From: Pseudothermotoga sp.
GTDB lineage: Bacteria > Thermotogota > Thermotogae > Thermotogales > DSM-5069
Length of the DNA stretch: 11,238 nucleotides
Reading direction: 5' to 3'
Assembly: GCA_041640575.1 (NCBI GenBank)
Contig: JBEPZZ010000057.1
Span: forward strand, 1 to 11,238
The notes under the pieces are model-generated. The model worked only from the letters and a program-made list of their open reading frames with translations, made no database searches and had not been told where the DNA came from. Positions 1 to 9,500 of this stretch are shown here, piece after piece (the first letter of the stretch is position 1; each line of letters starts with the position of its first letter). The translations under genes and the position numbers were made by a program.

Positions 1-102
1 GATCTTTGTCTCGAACTTGTCCTCTCCGAAGATCTCAACGAATTCTGCTCCTTTTGAAATCCCGCAGTCAATTACTCGTTCCATAACACTTTGTTCTAGC
101 AA
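1..102 (-). CDS. 5' end of a probable TldD/PmbA family metalloprotease gene (partial, continues off the left edge)
   Basis: Manual translation of the minus strand: SD AGGAGGT (116-110), then TTG at 105 or TTG at 102, open to the window edge. The peptide MLEQSVMERVIDCGISKGAEFVEIFGEDKFETKI resembles the TldD N-terminal 'G(A/G)-(D/E)-F-x-E-I-F-x-E' motif. Only about 34 codons are visible, so the family call is tentative. Confidence 0.65.
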   Translation of the reverse strand, partial: MLEQSVMERVIDCGISKGAEFVEIFGEDKFETKI

Positions 103-124
103 CAAGAACACCTCCTTTTAGTTA

Positions 125-133
125 ATTCTATCA
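125..133 (-). promoter_or_regulatory. Putative extended -10 promoter (TGaTAGAAT) for the TldD-like gene
   Basis: The minus strand reads TGATAGAAT at 133-125, a TGn plus 5/6 match to TATAAT, 8 nt upstream of the SD. The -35 position is weak (TTCGTT). Confidence 0.4.
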
Positions 134-397
134 TATCAAATTAGCTTAACGAACTAATAAGTACCTAAGGATATGATCAGAACCATTCAACTAAAACAGC
201 CAAATCAGCCGCTTAAAACAAAGATTCGCATTTAATAGAAACACACAGTCACTCGCGAAAGTACTTTTTGAATTTGAAGTTTCACAGCACGGCAAATCAG
301 AAAAAGATTTCACAGTAGCTGAAGCACAAAATATCAGGAGAATCAATTTGACTGAAACCATAAATTAAAAGGAAAGTCCATATTGTACTGAGGTAAA

Positions 398-1492
398 ATG
401 GTTGAGGTGATGAAGGTGTTATTCTTGGCTTTGTGCACCGCAGGACTTGAACAAGCACCATGCATCGAACTTAAGAGAATGGGGTACAGAATATCGAAAG
501 TTACCTCAGGACACATATATTTTTCAGCTAACCTTGAGGATGTCCCAAAACTAAATCATTATTTAAATAGCGCTGACAGAGTGCTCATAAGTGTTGGACA
601 GTTTGAAGCTAAAGATTTTGATCAACTTTTCGATGGAACATACTCTCTCTCATGGGAACAATTGGTTGATAAAGACGCGAATATAGTTGTTGAAAAGGTG
701 AAGGTAAGATCTTCAAAACTATCCGCAACAGGTGCCGTTGCCTCCGTTGTAAAAAAGGCAATTTATGAAAAAATCAGATCCACAGGTAGAGCAACAATAG
801 AGTATCCACTATACATATATATAAAGAACGACCTGGTGGAATTAGCTTTGGATACAACAGGAAAAGAAGCACTAAGCAAAAGAGGATATCGCATTAAGAC
901 ATCAATTGCGCCTTTGAGAGAAACAATCGCGGCGGGTTTGCTCCTAATTAGTGGCTGGAACATGGAAAAACTAGTTGTCGACCCATTTTGCGGTAGTGGC
1001 ACAATTCCGATAGAAGCTGCAAGGATCTATCTGAAGATACCAAACAATAAGCGTAGCTTTGCATTTCAAAGTTGGCCAATTTACCGAGCAGCACAATTTA
1101 GCATCATGGAAAGGAAGAAATGCTTTTCTAGAACAGTGTCTTTGGGTTTTGATATTGACGATATAGTCCTAAAGGCAGCGCTGGAAAACGCTGCAAAAGC
1201 TGGAATAAGAGAGTGTGTACGGTTTGAAAAGAGAGATTTCTTCCAGCTTCAAAAATTCGACGATTCTGTACATATTGTCACAAATCCTCCATATGGCTAC
1301 CGAATCACGGAAGTTAACAATCAGTTCTACAGGGGATTGTCTCGTTTTTTTACAACTTTTCCGAAGTCACGAATTTGTATAATCACAACAAAAAACAACC
1401 TTGAAAAGTTCCTTGGCAAAAGGCCAGAGAAGAAGTTCAAGTTTCAAAACAGTGGTCTCTGGACCTGGTGCTACATTTTTGAAAATCAATAG
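398..1492 (+). CDS. THUMP-domain class I SAM-dependent RNA methyltransferase, standalone RlmL/YpsC-like (probable 23S rRNA m2G2445)
   Basis: 364-aa ORF with family motifs: N-terminal LCTAGLE, LDTTG..LSKRGYR...APLRETIAAGLL, SAM motif I DPFCGSGTIPIEAA and motif IV TNPPYG. The start is ambiguous between ATG 398, ATG 410 and GTG 416, the last being well spaced from GAGGTGA at 404-410. Confidence 0.88.
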   Translation: MVEVMKVLFLALCTAGLEQAPCIELKRMGYRISKVTSGHIYFSANLEDVPKLNHYLNSADRVLISVGQFEAKDFDQLFDGTYSLSWEQLVDKDANIVVEKVKVRSSKLSATGAVASVVKKAIYEKIRSTGRATIEYPLYIYIKNDLVELALDTTGKEALSKRGYRIKTSIAPLRETIAAGLLLISGWNMEKLVVDPFCGSGTIPIEAARIYLKIPNNKRSFAFQSWPIYRAAQFSIMERKKCFSRTVSLGFDIDDIVLKAALENAAKAGIRECVRFEKRDFFQLQKFDDSVHIVTNPPYGYRITEVNNQFYRGLSRFFTTFPKSRICIITTKNNLEKFLGKRPEKKFKFQNSGLWTWCYIFENQ

Positions 1493-1498
1493 CACAGC

Positions 1499-1528
1499 AA
1501 AAGCGGGGCCTAGATGGCCCCGCTGTTT
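1499..1528. terminator. Intrinsic terminator between the convergent methyltransferase gene and rpoC, probably bidirectional
   Basis: Perfect 9-bp GC-rich stem AGCGGGGCC (1502-1510), loop TAGAT, GGCCCCGCT (1516-1524). A-run on the left gives a U-tract for the rpoC transcript, and TGTTT follows on the right. It lies in the 50-nt gap between the two stop codons. Confidence 0.85.
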
Positions 1529-1542
1529 CCCGGCTATTTTCA

Positions 1543-4500
1543 TCAAGCCAATTTTTCTGCTTCTGCAGCTCTTGGTGTTTCTTCGATCTGTATGTTCGCA
1601 AAAATTTCCAAGCCTGTTCCAGCAGGTATCAACTGTCCAACGATTACGTTTTCTTTTAAACCTTCCAAATAGTCTATGCGCCCCTCTATCGAAGCTTCTG
1701 TGAGCACTTGTGGTGTTTGTTGGAAGGAGGCAGCACTAAGCCAACCTTTCTGCTCAAGAGACGCCTTGGTAATCCTTAGGACTCTTCTCCGATAAATCAT
1801 CGGCTCTTTTGGCAGAATCTGGTAAACCTCAACGCGCCCCTTCTCGTAAACGCTTAGTTCTTTAACACCGAACTTTAGAGCCTTCTCAAGAAGTTCGTCC
1901 GTAACTTCAACACCTTCAGGCGCAATGTCTTCAACTGTTTCACCAACTTTTGCGACTATCTTCTTAGCGAGAACCTTACCTACAACAAGCTTTCTGTTAT
2001 TGTGTACTTCAGCGTTTGCTTCAATTATCGATTTATTTATCTTTTCCGCTTCAGTCAATGAAAGCAGTTGTCCAGGAAGGAAATCTGTATCACCCGGATC
2101 GACGACCTCTACTTTACCAAGCATTTGTCTTATGATAACCTCAAAATGCTTGTTGTGGATTTCAACGCCTTGTTCAACATACACTTTTTGCGTTTCTCTT
2201 AACAAATACATGGCAGTTGCCTCAACGCCTAGAGTATCCATTAACTTTCTAAGTCGAATAGAGCCTGTGGTCAACTGCGTACCGGGTAATACCTTGTCAC
2301 CGGGTTTGACCTTTTCTTTTGTCTTCTCCGGTACATCATATTCGTGAATCTGTCCAGAGAAGTCCTCAATGTAGATCTTTTTCTTCTTTCCTTCTACTTC
2401 TTTAATGTCCTTTACAATACCTGCAACCAAACTGAAGCTTGCTTCAGGTTCTTTGAGCTTTTTGCGAGCTTCAAATAGTTCTTCAGCTCGAGGCAAACCC
2501 TGTGTTATGTCTGCCGCCGTTGCTATTCCACCCGTGTGGAAAGTTCTCATCGTTAGCTGTGTACCCGGTTCACCTATTGACTGAGCCGCTATAATTCCAA
2601 CGGCTTCTCCAACGTTAACCGCCCTATGGCTGGACAGGTCCATACCGTAGCACATAGCGCAGACACCTTTCTCTGCTGCGCAAGTCAATGGTGATCTTAC
2701 GTAAATGTTGGGTCGAACCCTTAAACGAGTGATACCGTTCTCCTCCAGAACCTTTGCTACAACCTCGTCTATTTCTTCCTGATAACTTGTTAGCTGTTTG
2801 CCACCCTTCTTATCCTTAACAACCTCCAAGCAAATTGTTCCAACTACTGGATAAACCTTCACCTTCAGTTCCTTCTTGCCCGTACTTCGTGCAGCCCTAA
2901 CTACATCCCAAGACAACTCCGTACCTATGCTATAATGTGTACCATCAGCTGCAAAGATTTCTTCATCAATTTCCGTATACATTTGTGGTAACTGAAGGCT
3001 ATGCAAGTCGATAGTTTTCTGCTCAGATACAGGACTAACCACGGAATAATTTGCCAAGAATTCTGCATCGTCATCAGACAGAATCGTATTTCTGGTGTAC
3101 TCCCTCTGGGTGTTAGGATTTTTGACAACTTCACCGGTTGAAGGATCGACTACATCTTTAGCCAAAACTCTACCAAAGAGAAAATCTTTTAGCTTTTGCA
3201 CTGTAAGACCATCGCTGGTCAATTCCACTGCTTTCAAGCCGTCTTCTGTTCCACAATCAGTTGTTGATATGACAACCGATTGCGCAACATCTACGAGTCT
3301 ACGCGTAAGGTATCCAGCTTGCGAAGTTCTCAAAGCTGTGTCTGCAGCACCCTTTCTTGCACCATGGGTTGAAATGAAGAACTCCATACTCGATAGACCT
3401 TGTCTGAAGTTTGAAGTTATTGGTATTTCAATTGTTTTTCCTGAAGGATCTGCCATTAGCCCTCTCATACCTGCTAACTGTTTCACTTGGTCGATGTTAC
3501 CTCTAGCACCAGAATTAACCATCATGAAGACTGGGTTGAAGGGATCTTCACCAAGAGCTTCATATGTCACTTTTTGAACATCTTCTGTTGCTTTAGACCA
3601 AGCTTTTATTATTTCTTGGTACCTTTCCTCGTAAGTTAGGAAACCTTCTTCATATTGTTGCTCAATGAAATCAACCATTTTTCTTGCTTGTTCAATAATC
3701 TTATCTTTCAAAGGTGATACAACCAAATCTTTCAGGGATATAGTCAAACCAGATAAAGTGGCATAGTGGAATCCCAAATCCTTAATTGCATCAAGTAAAT
3801 CAGCTGTTGCTTCAATACCATGCTTCTTAAACGTATCATAGATCACGTTCTTTATTTCTTTCTTTCCAAAAGTTATTGAATAATCACGCAAATCTGGCGC
3901 TATAACCTCGTTCATAATGATTCTTCCAACAGTTGTCTTTACTACCTTCTCTTCGTTACCTATTCTTACTTTGGCTAAAACTGGTTCATGAAGCGATACA
4001 AAACCAAGTGAATACGCGAGTGTAGCTTCCTCCGGTGAGCCAAAGCTGAATCTTGGTTTAGATACATCAAAATCCTTGCCAACAGCTGTCAGATAATAGA
4101 CTCCAACTATTATATCCTTTCCTGGCATCGATATAGGCTTGCCGTGAGCTGGTGAAATAATGTTATATCGGGACAGCATCAGATATCTAGCCTCTGCTTG
4201 CGCAGCAGCTGAAAGTGGCAAATGAACTGCCATTTGATCCCCATCAAAGTCAGCATTAAATGGTGGGCAAACGAGTGGATGCAATTGTATTGCATTGCCT
4301 TCGATCAGTTTTGGCTCAAAAGCTTGTATTGACATTCTGTGCAGAGTCGGTGCTCTGTTCAACAGAACCAGTTGACCTTTTATTACTTCTTCTAGCACAT
4401 CCCAAGCTTCTGGCATTTCTTTCTCTATTATTGCTCTCTTCATTTTTTTGGCTTTGCTAGATTCTGCGCCGCCTTCCAGAAGCTTAGCATAAACAAAGGG

Positions 4501-6489
4501 TTTGAATAGCTCCATCGCCATTTTCTTCGGCAGACCACATTGATGAATCTTGAGATTCGGTCCAACCACTATGACAGCTCTACCTGAATAATCAACTCTT
4601 TTACCCAAAAGATTTCTTCTGAAGCGACCTTTTTTACCCTTGACAAGATCAGTAAGGGATTTCAAAGGCCTCCCGTTCCTGTCGGTAACGGATTTACCGA
4701 TTCTTCCATTGTAAAGTAAACTGTCTACAGCCTCCTGCAACATTCTTTTTTCATTTCTTACAATAATTTCAGGTGCACCGATTTCTAGAAGTCTTCTCAA
4801 TCTATTGTTCCTATTTATAACACGTCGATAAAGATCATTAAGATCAGTTGTAGCGAAGCGACCACCATCAATTTGAATCATTGGTCGAAGATCTGGAGGG
4901 ATCACAGGAAGAACCTCTAGGACCATCCATTCTGGTTTTGTCCCGGACTTTATCAAATCCTTAAGTATTTTTAACCTCCGCAAGAGTTTTAATGCTTTCC
5001 CGCTGCTCCTTGATGTCGAGGCTAACTCAGCTTCTATTTGTGCTTTGAGCTTTTCTAGATCTATCTTTTCAAGTAACTTCTTAATGGCCGTAGCTCCATA
5101 ATGTGCTTCAATTTTACCTGGATACAACTCTTTGTAGGCTTCATATTCACTTTCAGTTATAATCGCACCAACCTGCAAGTTGATGGACTTTGAGAGCTCT
5201 TCATCTATCGAAGTTATAGCTACTATTGGTTTATCATTTTCCACCTCAGACTCGGCCGAAAACTGCCCGGGATAATATTCCTCAAAAATTTTGTATTCAT
5301 TCAGTGACAGTACCTCATCCTCATACAAAAATCTGTCAGCAAGGTAATCCCCAGATTTTACACTTTCTCCATCGTTGACCTGCACGAATGCTCCTTCAAA
5401 AACCGGATACAACTTTTCTTCGATCAAAAATTCTACAAACAATTGTCCAGAAGACAAAACTTCGTAGGATCCATCCTCAAGTGGTTTGACATTTAAGTCT
5501 TTGCCAAAAACAATTTTTCCATCTGCAGGGCTTTCAATAGATTGAATTTGTCCAGCTGTAAGGAGCTGATCTCCAGCTTTAACTTTTGCTCCGTTTTTGA
5601 CCATTATTCTAACGCAATACGGTATCGTGATCGTAACGGGCTGTTCTTTACTTGTAGTCAATGGTTTCACACTCAAGGTTGAAGCTAGCTCATCTATTTC
5701 GACAGTTCCATCAAACGGTGCGTAAAACGGGGGAATTTGTTTTTCAGCTACTAACAGCTGACCTTTGTGCACCTGCTGATTATTCTTAACAAGAAGGATC
5801 ATACCTGGCTGTAACTGAATCGGTGTCTTATTCACATGTCGAACATGAATCCAAGTTAACTCTCTTCCGGTATGTGTTTTTTCAACCTTTATTTTGACTT
5901 CACCTTCGATGTCAGAAACAACAGGTGACTTCGGATTCTTTATCATTACCGCTCTTTCCGCTTCAAAATCAAGAACTTTGCTGTATATTTCATATTCGGA
6001 ATGATAAAGCACGTCACCGGCGGAGAAAAATGTCTTCTTAGGATCCGTTACTATGTACATTTTTTCGATAATTCTTTTACTTCCGTGGTAAGTTATATTC
6101 TCCAAATCGCGTACGTTTATGTTTAACAAAGTTGAGATAATGCTTGGGCTGCTTTTTAGATACCATATGTGAACTACTGGTGCAGCAAGATCAATATGTC
6201 CCATTCTTCTTCTCCTGGCTTCTTTCGACTCTACACGTACGCCACATCTTTCACAAACTGTACCTTCGTACTTTTTGCCTTTATACTTTCCACAAGCGCA
6301 TTCATAATCTTTGGTTGGTCCAAAGATCTTCTCGCAAAAGAGACCGTCTCTTTCCGGCTTGAAGGAACGATAATTGATAGTCTCCGGTTTTTTAACCTCG
6401 CCATTTGACCAACTTCTTATTATTTCGGGTGATGCAACGCCTATTTTAACTGCCGCAATCTTTCTTTTGAAGGTGGAAACCGACATCAT
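1543..6489 (-). CDS. rpoC: DNA-directed RNA polymerase subunit beta'
   Basis: 1648 aa. Catalytic NADFDGD (nt 4237-4257), N-terminal Zn ribbon CACGKY...[15 protein letters not shown], bridge helix [12 protein letters not shown], trigger loop [11 protein letters not shown], second Zn site C..C..C..C and C-terminal [17 protein letters not shown] at 6500-6495. Start is ATG 6489 or the adjacent ATG 6486. Confidence 0.99.
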   Translation of the reverse strand: MMSVSTFKRKIAAVKIGVASPEIIRSWSNGEVKKPETINYRSFKPERDGLFCEKIFGPTKDYECACGKYKGKKYEGTVCERCGVRVESKEARRRRMGHIDLAAPVVHIWYLKSSPSIISTLLNINVRDLENITYHGSKRIIEKMYIVTDPKKTFFSAGDVLYHSEYEIYSKVLDFEAERAVMIKNPKSPVVSDIEGEVKIKVEKTHTGRELTWIHVRHVNKTPIQLQPGMILLVKNNQQVHKGQLLVAEKQIPPFYAPFDGTVEIDELASTLSVKPLTTSKEQPVTITIPYCVRIMVKNGAKVKAGDQLLTAGQIQSIESPADGKIVFGKDLNVKPLEDGSYEVLSSGQLFVEFLIEEKLYPVFEGAFVQVNDGESVKSGDYLADRFLYEDEVLSLNEYKIFEEYYPGQFSAESEVENDKPIVAITSIDEELSKSINLQVGAIITESEYEAYKELYPGKIEAHYGATAIKKLLEKIDLEKLKAQIEAELASTSRSSGKALKLLRRLKILKDLIKSGTKPEWMVLEVLPVIPPDLRPMIQIDGGRFATTDLNDLYRRVINRNNRLRRLLEIGAPEIIVRNEKRMLQEAVDSLLYNGRIGKSVTDRNGRPLKSLTDLVKGKKGRFRRNLLGKRVDYSGRAVIVVGPNLKIHQCGLPKKMAMELFKPFVYAKLLEGGAESSKAKKMKRAIIEKEMPEAWDVLEEVIKGQLVLLNRAPTLHRMSIQAFEPKLIEGNAIQLHPLVCPPFNADFDGDQMAVHLPLSAAAQAEARYLMLSRYNIISPAHGKPISMPGKDIIVGVYYLTAVGKDFDVSKPRFSFGSPEEATLAYSLGFVSLHEPVLAKVRIGNEEKVVKTTVGRIIMNEVIAPDLRDYSITFGKKEIKNVIYDTFKKHGIEATADLLDAIKDLGFHYATLSGLTISLKDLVVSPLKDKIIEQARKMVDFIEQQYEEGFLTYEERYQEIIKAWSKATEDVQKVTYEALGEDPFNPVFMMVNSGARGNIDQVKQLAGMRGLMADPSGKTIEIPITSNFRQGLSSMEFFISTHGARKGAADTALRTSQAGYLTRRLVDVAQSVVISTTDCGTEDGLKAVELTSDGLTVQKLKDFLFGRVLAKDVVDPSTGEVVKNPNTQREYTRNTILSDDDAEFLANYSVVSPVSEQKTIDLHSLQLPQMYTEIDEEIFAADGTHYSIGTELSWDVVRAARSTGKKELKVKVYPVVGTICLEVVKDKKGGKQLTSYQEEIDEVVAKVLEENGITRLRVRPNIYVRSPLTCAAEKGVCAMCYGMDLSSHRAVNVGEAVGIIAAQSIGEPGTQLTMRTFHTGGIATAADITQGLPRAEELFEARKKLKEPEASFSLVAGIVKDIKEVEGKKKKIYIEDFSGQIHEYDVPEKTKEKVKPGDKVLPGTQLTTGSIRLRKLMDTLGVEATAMYLLRETQKVYVEQGVEIHNKHFEVIIRQMLGKVEVVDPGDTDFLPGQLLSLTEAEKINKSIIEANAEVHNNRKLVVGKVLAKKIVAKVGETVEDIAPEGVEVTDELLEKALKFGVKELSVYEKGRVEVYQILPKEPMIYRRRVLRITKASLEQKGWLSAASFQQTPQVLTEASIEGRIDYLEGLKENVIVGQLIPAGTGLEIFANIQIEETPRAAEAEKLA

Positions 6490-6511
6490 CCTTCCCTCCT
6501 TGGCAACTCAT

Positions 6512-9500
6512 TTAGATGGTGTCAATGTCGACTTCGTTGCCATTTTCATCGAATACTCTGACATCCAGCGCTATTCCTCTAAGTTCCTTCACCAAAACTT
6601 TGAAGCTTTCAGGTATCCCAGGTTCAGGAATGTTCTTTCCTTTAAGGATAGCTTTGTAAACCTCGTTTCTGCCTCTTATATCATCCGACTTAATAGTCAG
6701 CATTTCATTAAGTGTATGAGACGCCCCATGTGCTTCAAGAGCCCAAACCTCCATTTCGCCGAATCTCTGCCCACCAAATTGGGCCTTTCCACCTAATGGT
6801 TGCTGGTGAATCAGTGAATATGGACCAGTTGACCTAGCGTGAATCTTGTCTTTCGCAATGTGTATAAGTTTCATCATGTACATATAACCTACGACAACTG
6901 GCTTACCAAATGGTTCACCTGTTCGCCCATCTCTCAAAAGTACCTTTCCGCTTGGATTATTCTCATCGTCACCTATTTCTAAATTCATAACCCTTCTTTC
7001 CTCGTAAAGCCAAGGCAAGATTTGATCTTCTTTTGCTCCATCGAAAACAGGTGAGGCAAACCAGTTATTTGTGAGTTTTGCTAGCCAACCTAGATGCGTT
7101 TCAAAAATTTGTCCAACATTCATTCTTGATGGGACACCGAGAGGGCTCAATACCATTTGTATAGGTGTACCATCTGGCAAGAAAGGCATGTCTTCTTTTG
7201 GAAGAATCATTGAAACAACACCTTTGTTACCGTGTCTTCCGGCCAATTTATCGCCTATCTCTAAAGTTTTCCTGCTAGCAACGTAAACTCTAATAAGCTT
7301 GTTTACACCTGGTCCAAGGTCAGTACCTTCTTCATCTTTGTCGAAAACCTTAACACCTATAACTCGACCATCGGTGCCGTGCGGCAACCTCAACGATGAA
7401 TCTTTCACATCCTTACCCCGTTCACCAAAGACAGATCTTATTATTTTTTCCTCCGGTGTCGTTTCACCTTCACCCTTTGGTGTTACTTTCCCAACCAGGA
7501 TATCTTGTGGTCCGACATATGCACCGATTCTCACTATTCCTTTTTCGTCAAGATTTCTAAGCTGTTCCTTGCCAACGTTCGGAATATCTGCCGTGATCTC
7601 TTCTGGCCCTAATCGTGTGTCACGAGCCTGTGTTTCAAAGACTTCAATATGAATGGATGTGAAAGCATCGTCTTCTAAGAGTTCCTGGCTAACTAAGATA
7701 GCATCCTCAAAGTTGTATCCTTCCCACGGCATGAACGCTACCAACACATTTCTACCAAGAGCAAGTTCTCCCATGTCCGTCGCCGGACCATCGGCAATGG
7801 CGTCCCCAGATTTCACAAAATCACCAACATTGACAATCGGACGCTGGTTGATAGTTGTATCCTGATTTGTTCTAATAAATTTCATCAACCTGTATTCGTC
7901 GAGAATCGGTTTTCCTTCGTTATACATCAAATTTCCTTGCTTGTCAGTTCTGTGTATGATAATCCTTCTAGCATCAACTTTTTTCACAACACCGTCGTTT
8001 TTTGCAAAAAAAACAAATACAGAATATCTTGCAGCGTCATATTCCATACCAGTTGCCACAAACGGTGCTTCAGGTTTAAGGAGTGGGACAGCTTGCCTTT
8101 GCATGTTCGAACCCATAAGAGCTCGGTTAGCATCATCGTGCTCAAGAAATGGAATCAGAGCTGTCGAAACACTGACGATTTGCTTTGTTGATATATCCAT
8201 AAACTGGACTTTGTCTCTTTCAACATACTGAACTTTCTCCATGTACCTTACTGGAACTCTTTCATCAATTATGTTCATGTCTTTGTCTAGTCTTATTGTA
8301 CAAGGAGCAATGTTGTAGTACTCTTCCTCATCTGCAGTTAGATAAACTATTTCGTTCGTAAGTCTCCCATTAACTACCTTTCTGTAAGGAGTGACAAGAA
8401 AACCGAATTTGTCAATACCCGCATAAACTGCTAGAGATGTAATCAAACCGATATTTCCACCTTCTGGAGTCTCGATCGGGCACATTCTTCCATAGTGCGA
8501 ATGATGAACGTCACGAACTTCAAAACGTGCGCGCTCTCTCTTTAATCCTCCAGGCCCCACTGCTGTTAAACGCCTTTTGTGTGTCAGTTCAGCTAATGGA
8601 TTCACTTGCTCCATGAACTGCGATAAAGGACTAGTCGCAAAGAACTGGTTTATACCTGCTATTATCGTTTTAATATTGATTAAGCTTGGAACCGATATTT
8701 TGTCCAGGGAACTATAAAGTGCCAAGCGATCCTGGATTAATTTCTGGGCTCTGGCTAAGGCTTTTTCCAGTTCTCCTTCAATTAATTCACCGACAGTTCT
8801 AACTCGTTTGTTTCCAAGGTGATCTTTCGTATCCATGATCTCGGGATTCTTGCTCACTTCCAACAAATAACGACTAGCCAGTACTATGTCCAACGGCGTC
8901 AAAGCAAGTTGATCGACATTGTATTCAGCTTCTTCTGCCTCTTTCTTTGATACTCCGGCTACTTGTTTCAAGTAGTCACGGTATGCTTGAGTCAATCTTC
9001 TATTTATTTTGTAACGCCCTACTTCGGTCAATTCAAACCTTTCTGTTGTGAAATAAAGTCCCATGAGATAAGCCTTTGCAGTCGCTACTCTTGGAATTTC
9101 ACCAGGTTTCAACTTTCTGTAAATCTCAACGAATGCTTTGTTCGAATCAACATCTCCATAGGCATCCTTGAGCTTTTCCAGAGTCTTCTGAGCCGCTGGG
9201 TGAGCTCTCTTAACAACTTTAATTTTTGAATTTCTTATAATTTCAACAGCTTCCTTAGTTAAGGGGTCCCCCCGATCAACTATCTTTGTTCCATTGATCG
9301 AAATATCTTCGAGAACAATTGAGCCTATAGCTTTTTCGAGACTATACTCATCCTCTGCATCTACAAAATCTGGAAATAGATCAAGAATTTCCAAGTCGGA
9401 TTCATAACCAATAGCTTTAAGTAAAAGGAACAAATTGATACGTCTCTTTCTGTCTATTCTTGCATAGAAGAGCTCTTCTGCTGGATTGAACAATATCTCC

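Noticed and set aside
336..368. Mini-ORF TTG-ACT-GAA-ACC-ATA-AAT-TAA after AGGAG, and TTGACT as a possible -35
   Set aside because: A six-codon ORF is expected by chance, and there is no -10 at 16-18 nt from TTGACT.
763..1002. 79-aa minus-strand ORF
   Set aside because: Antisense shadow inside the methyltransferase gene, with no recognisable motif.
121..1492. Apparently lower GC in the left part, suggesting horizontal transfer
   Set aside because: Judged by eye only. The gene belongs to a housekeeping family, there are no mobility signatures, and expression-linked codon bias could explain the difference.
1401..1703. 100-aa plus-strand ORF spanning the methyltransferase end, terminator and rpoC end
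   Set aside because: It crosses a terminator and overlaps two real genes, and its composition is not protein-like.
1925..9229. Numerous 66-160 aa plus-strand ORFs, and the alternative-frame ORF 2925-3134, within rpoC and rpoB
   Set aside because: Typical codon-bias shadows of long conserved genes. Several are Ser/Thr/Phe-rich, and none shows a recognisable domain.
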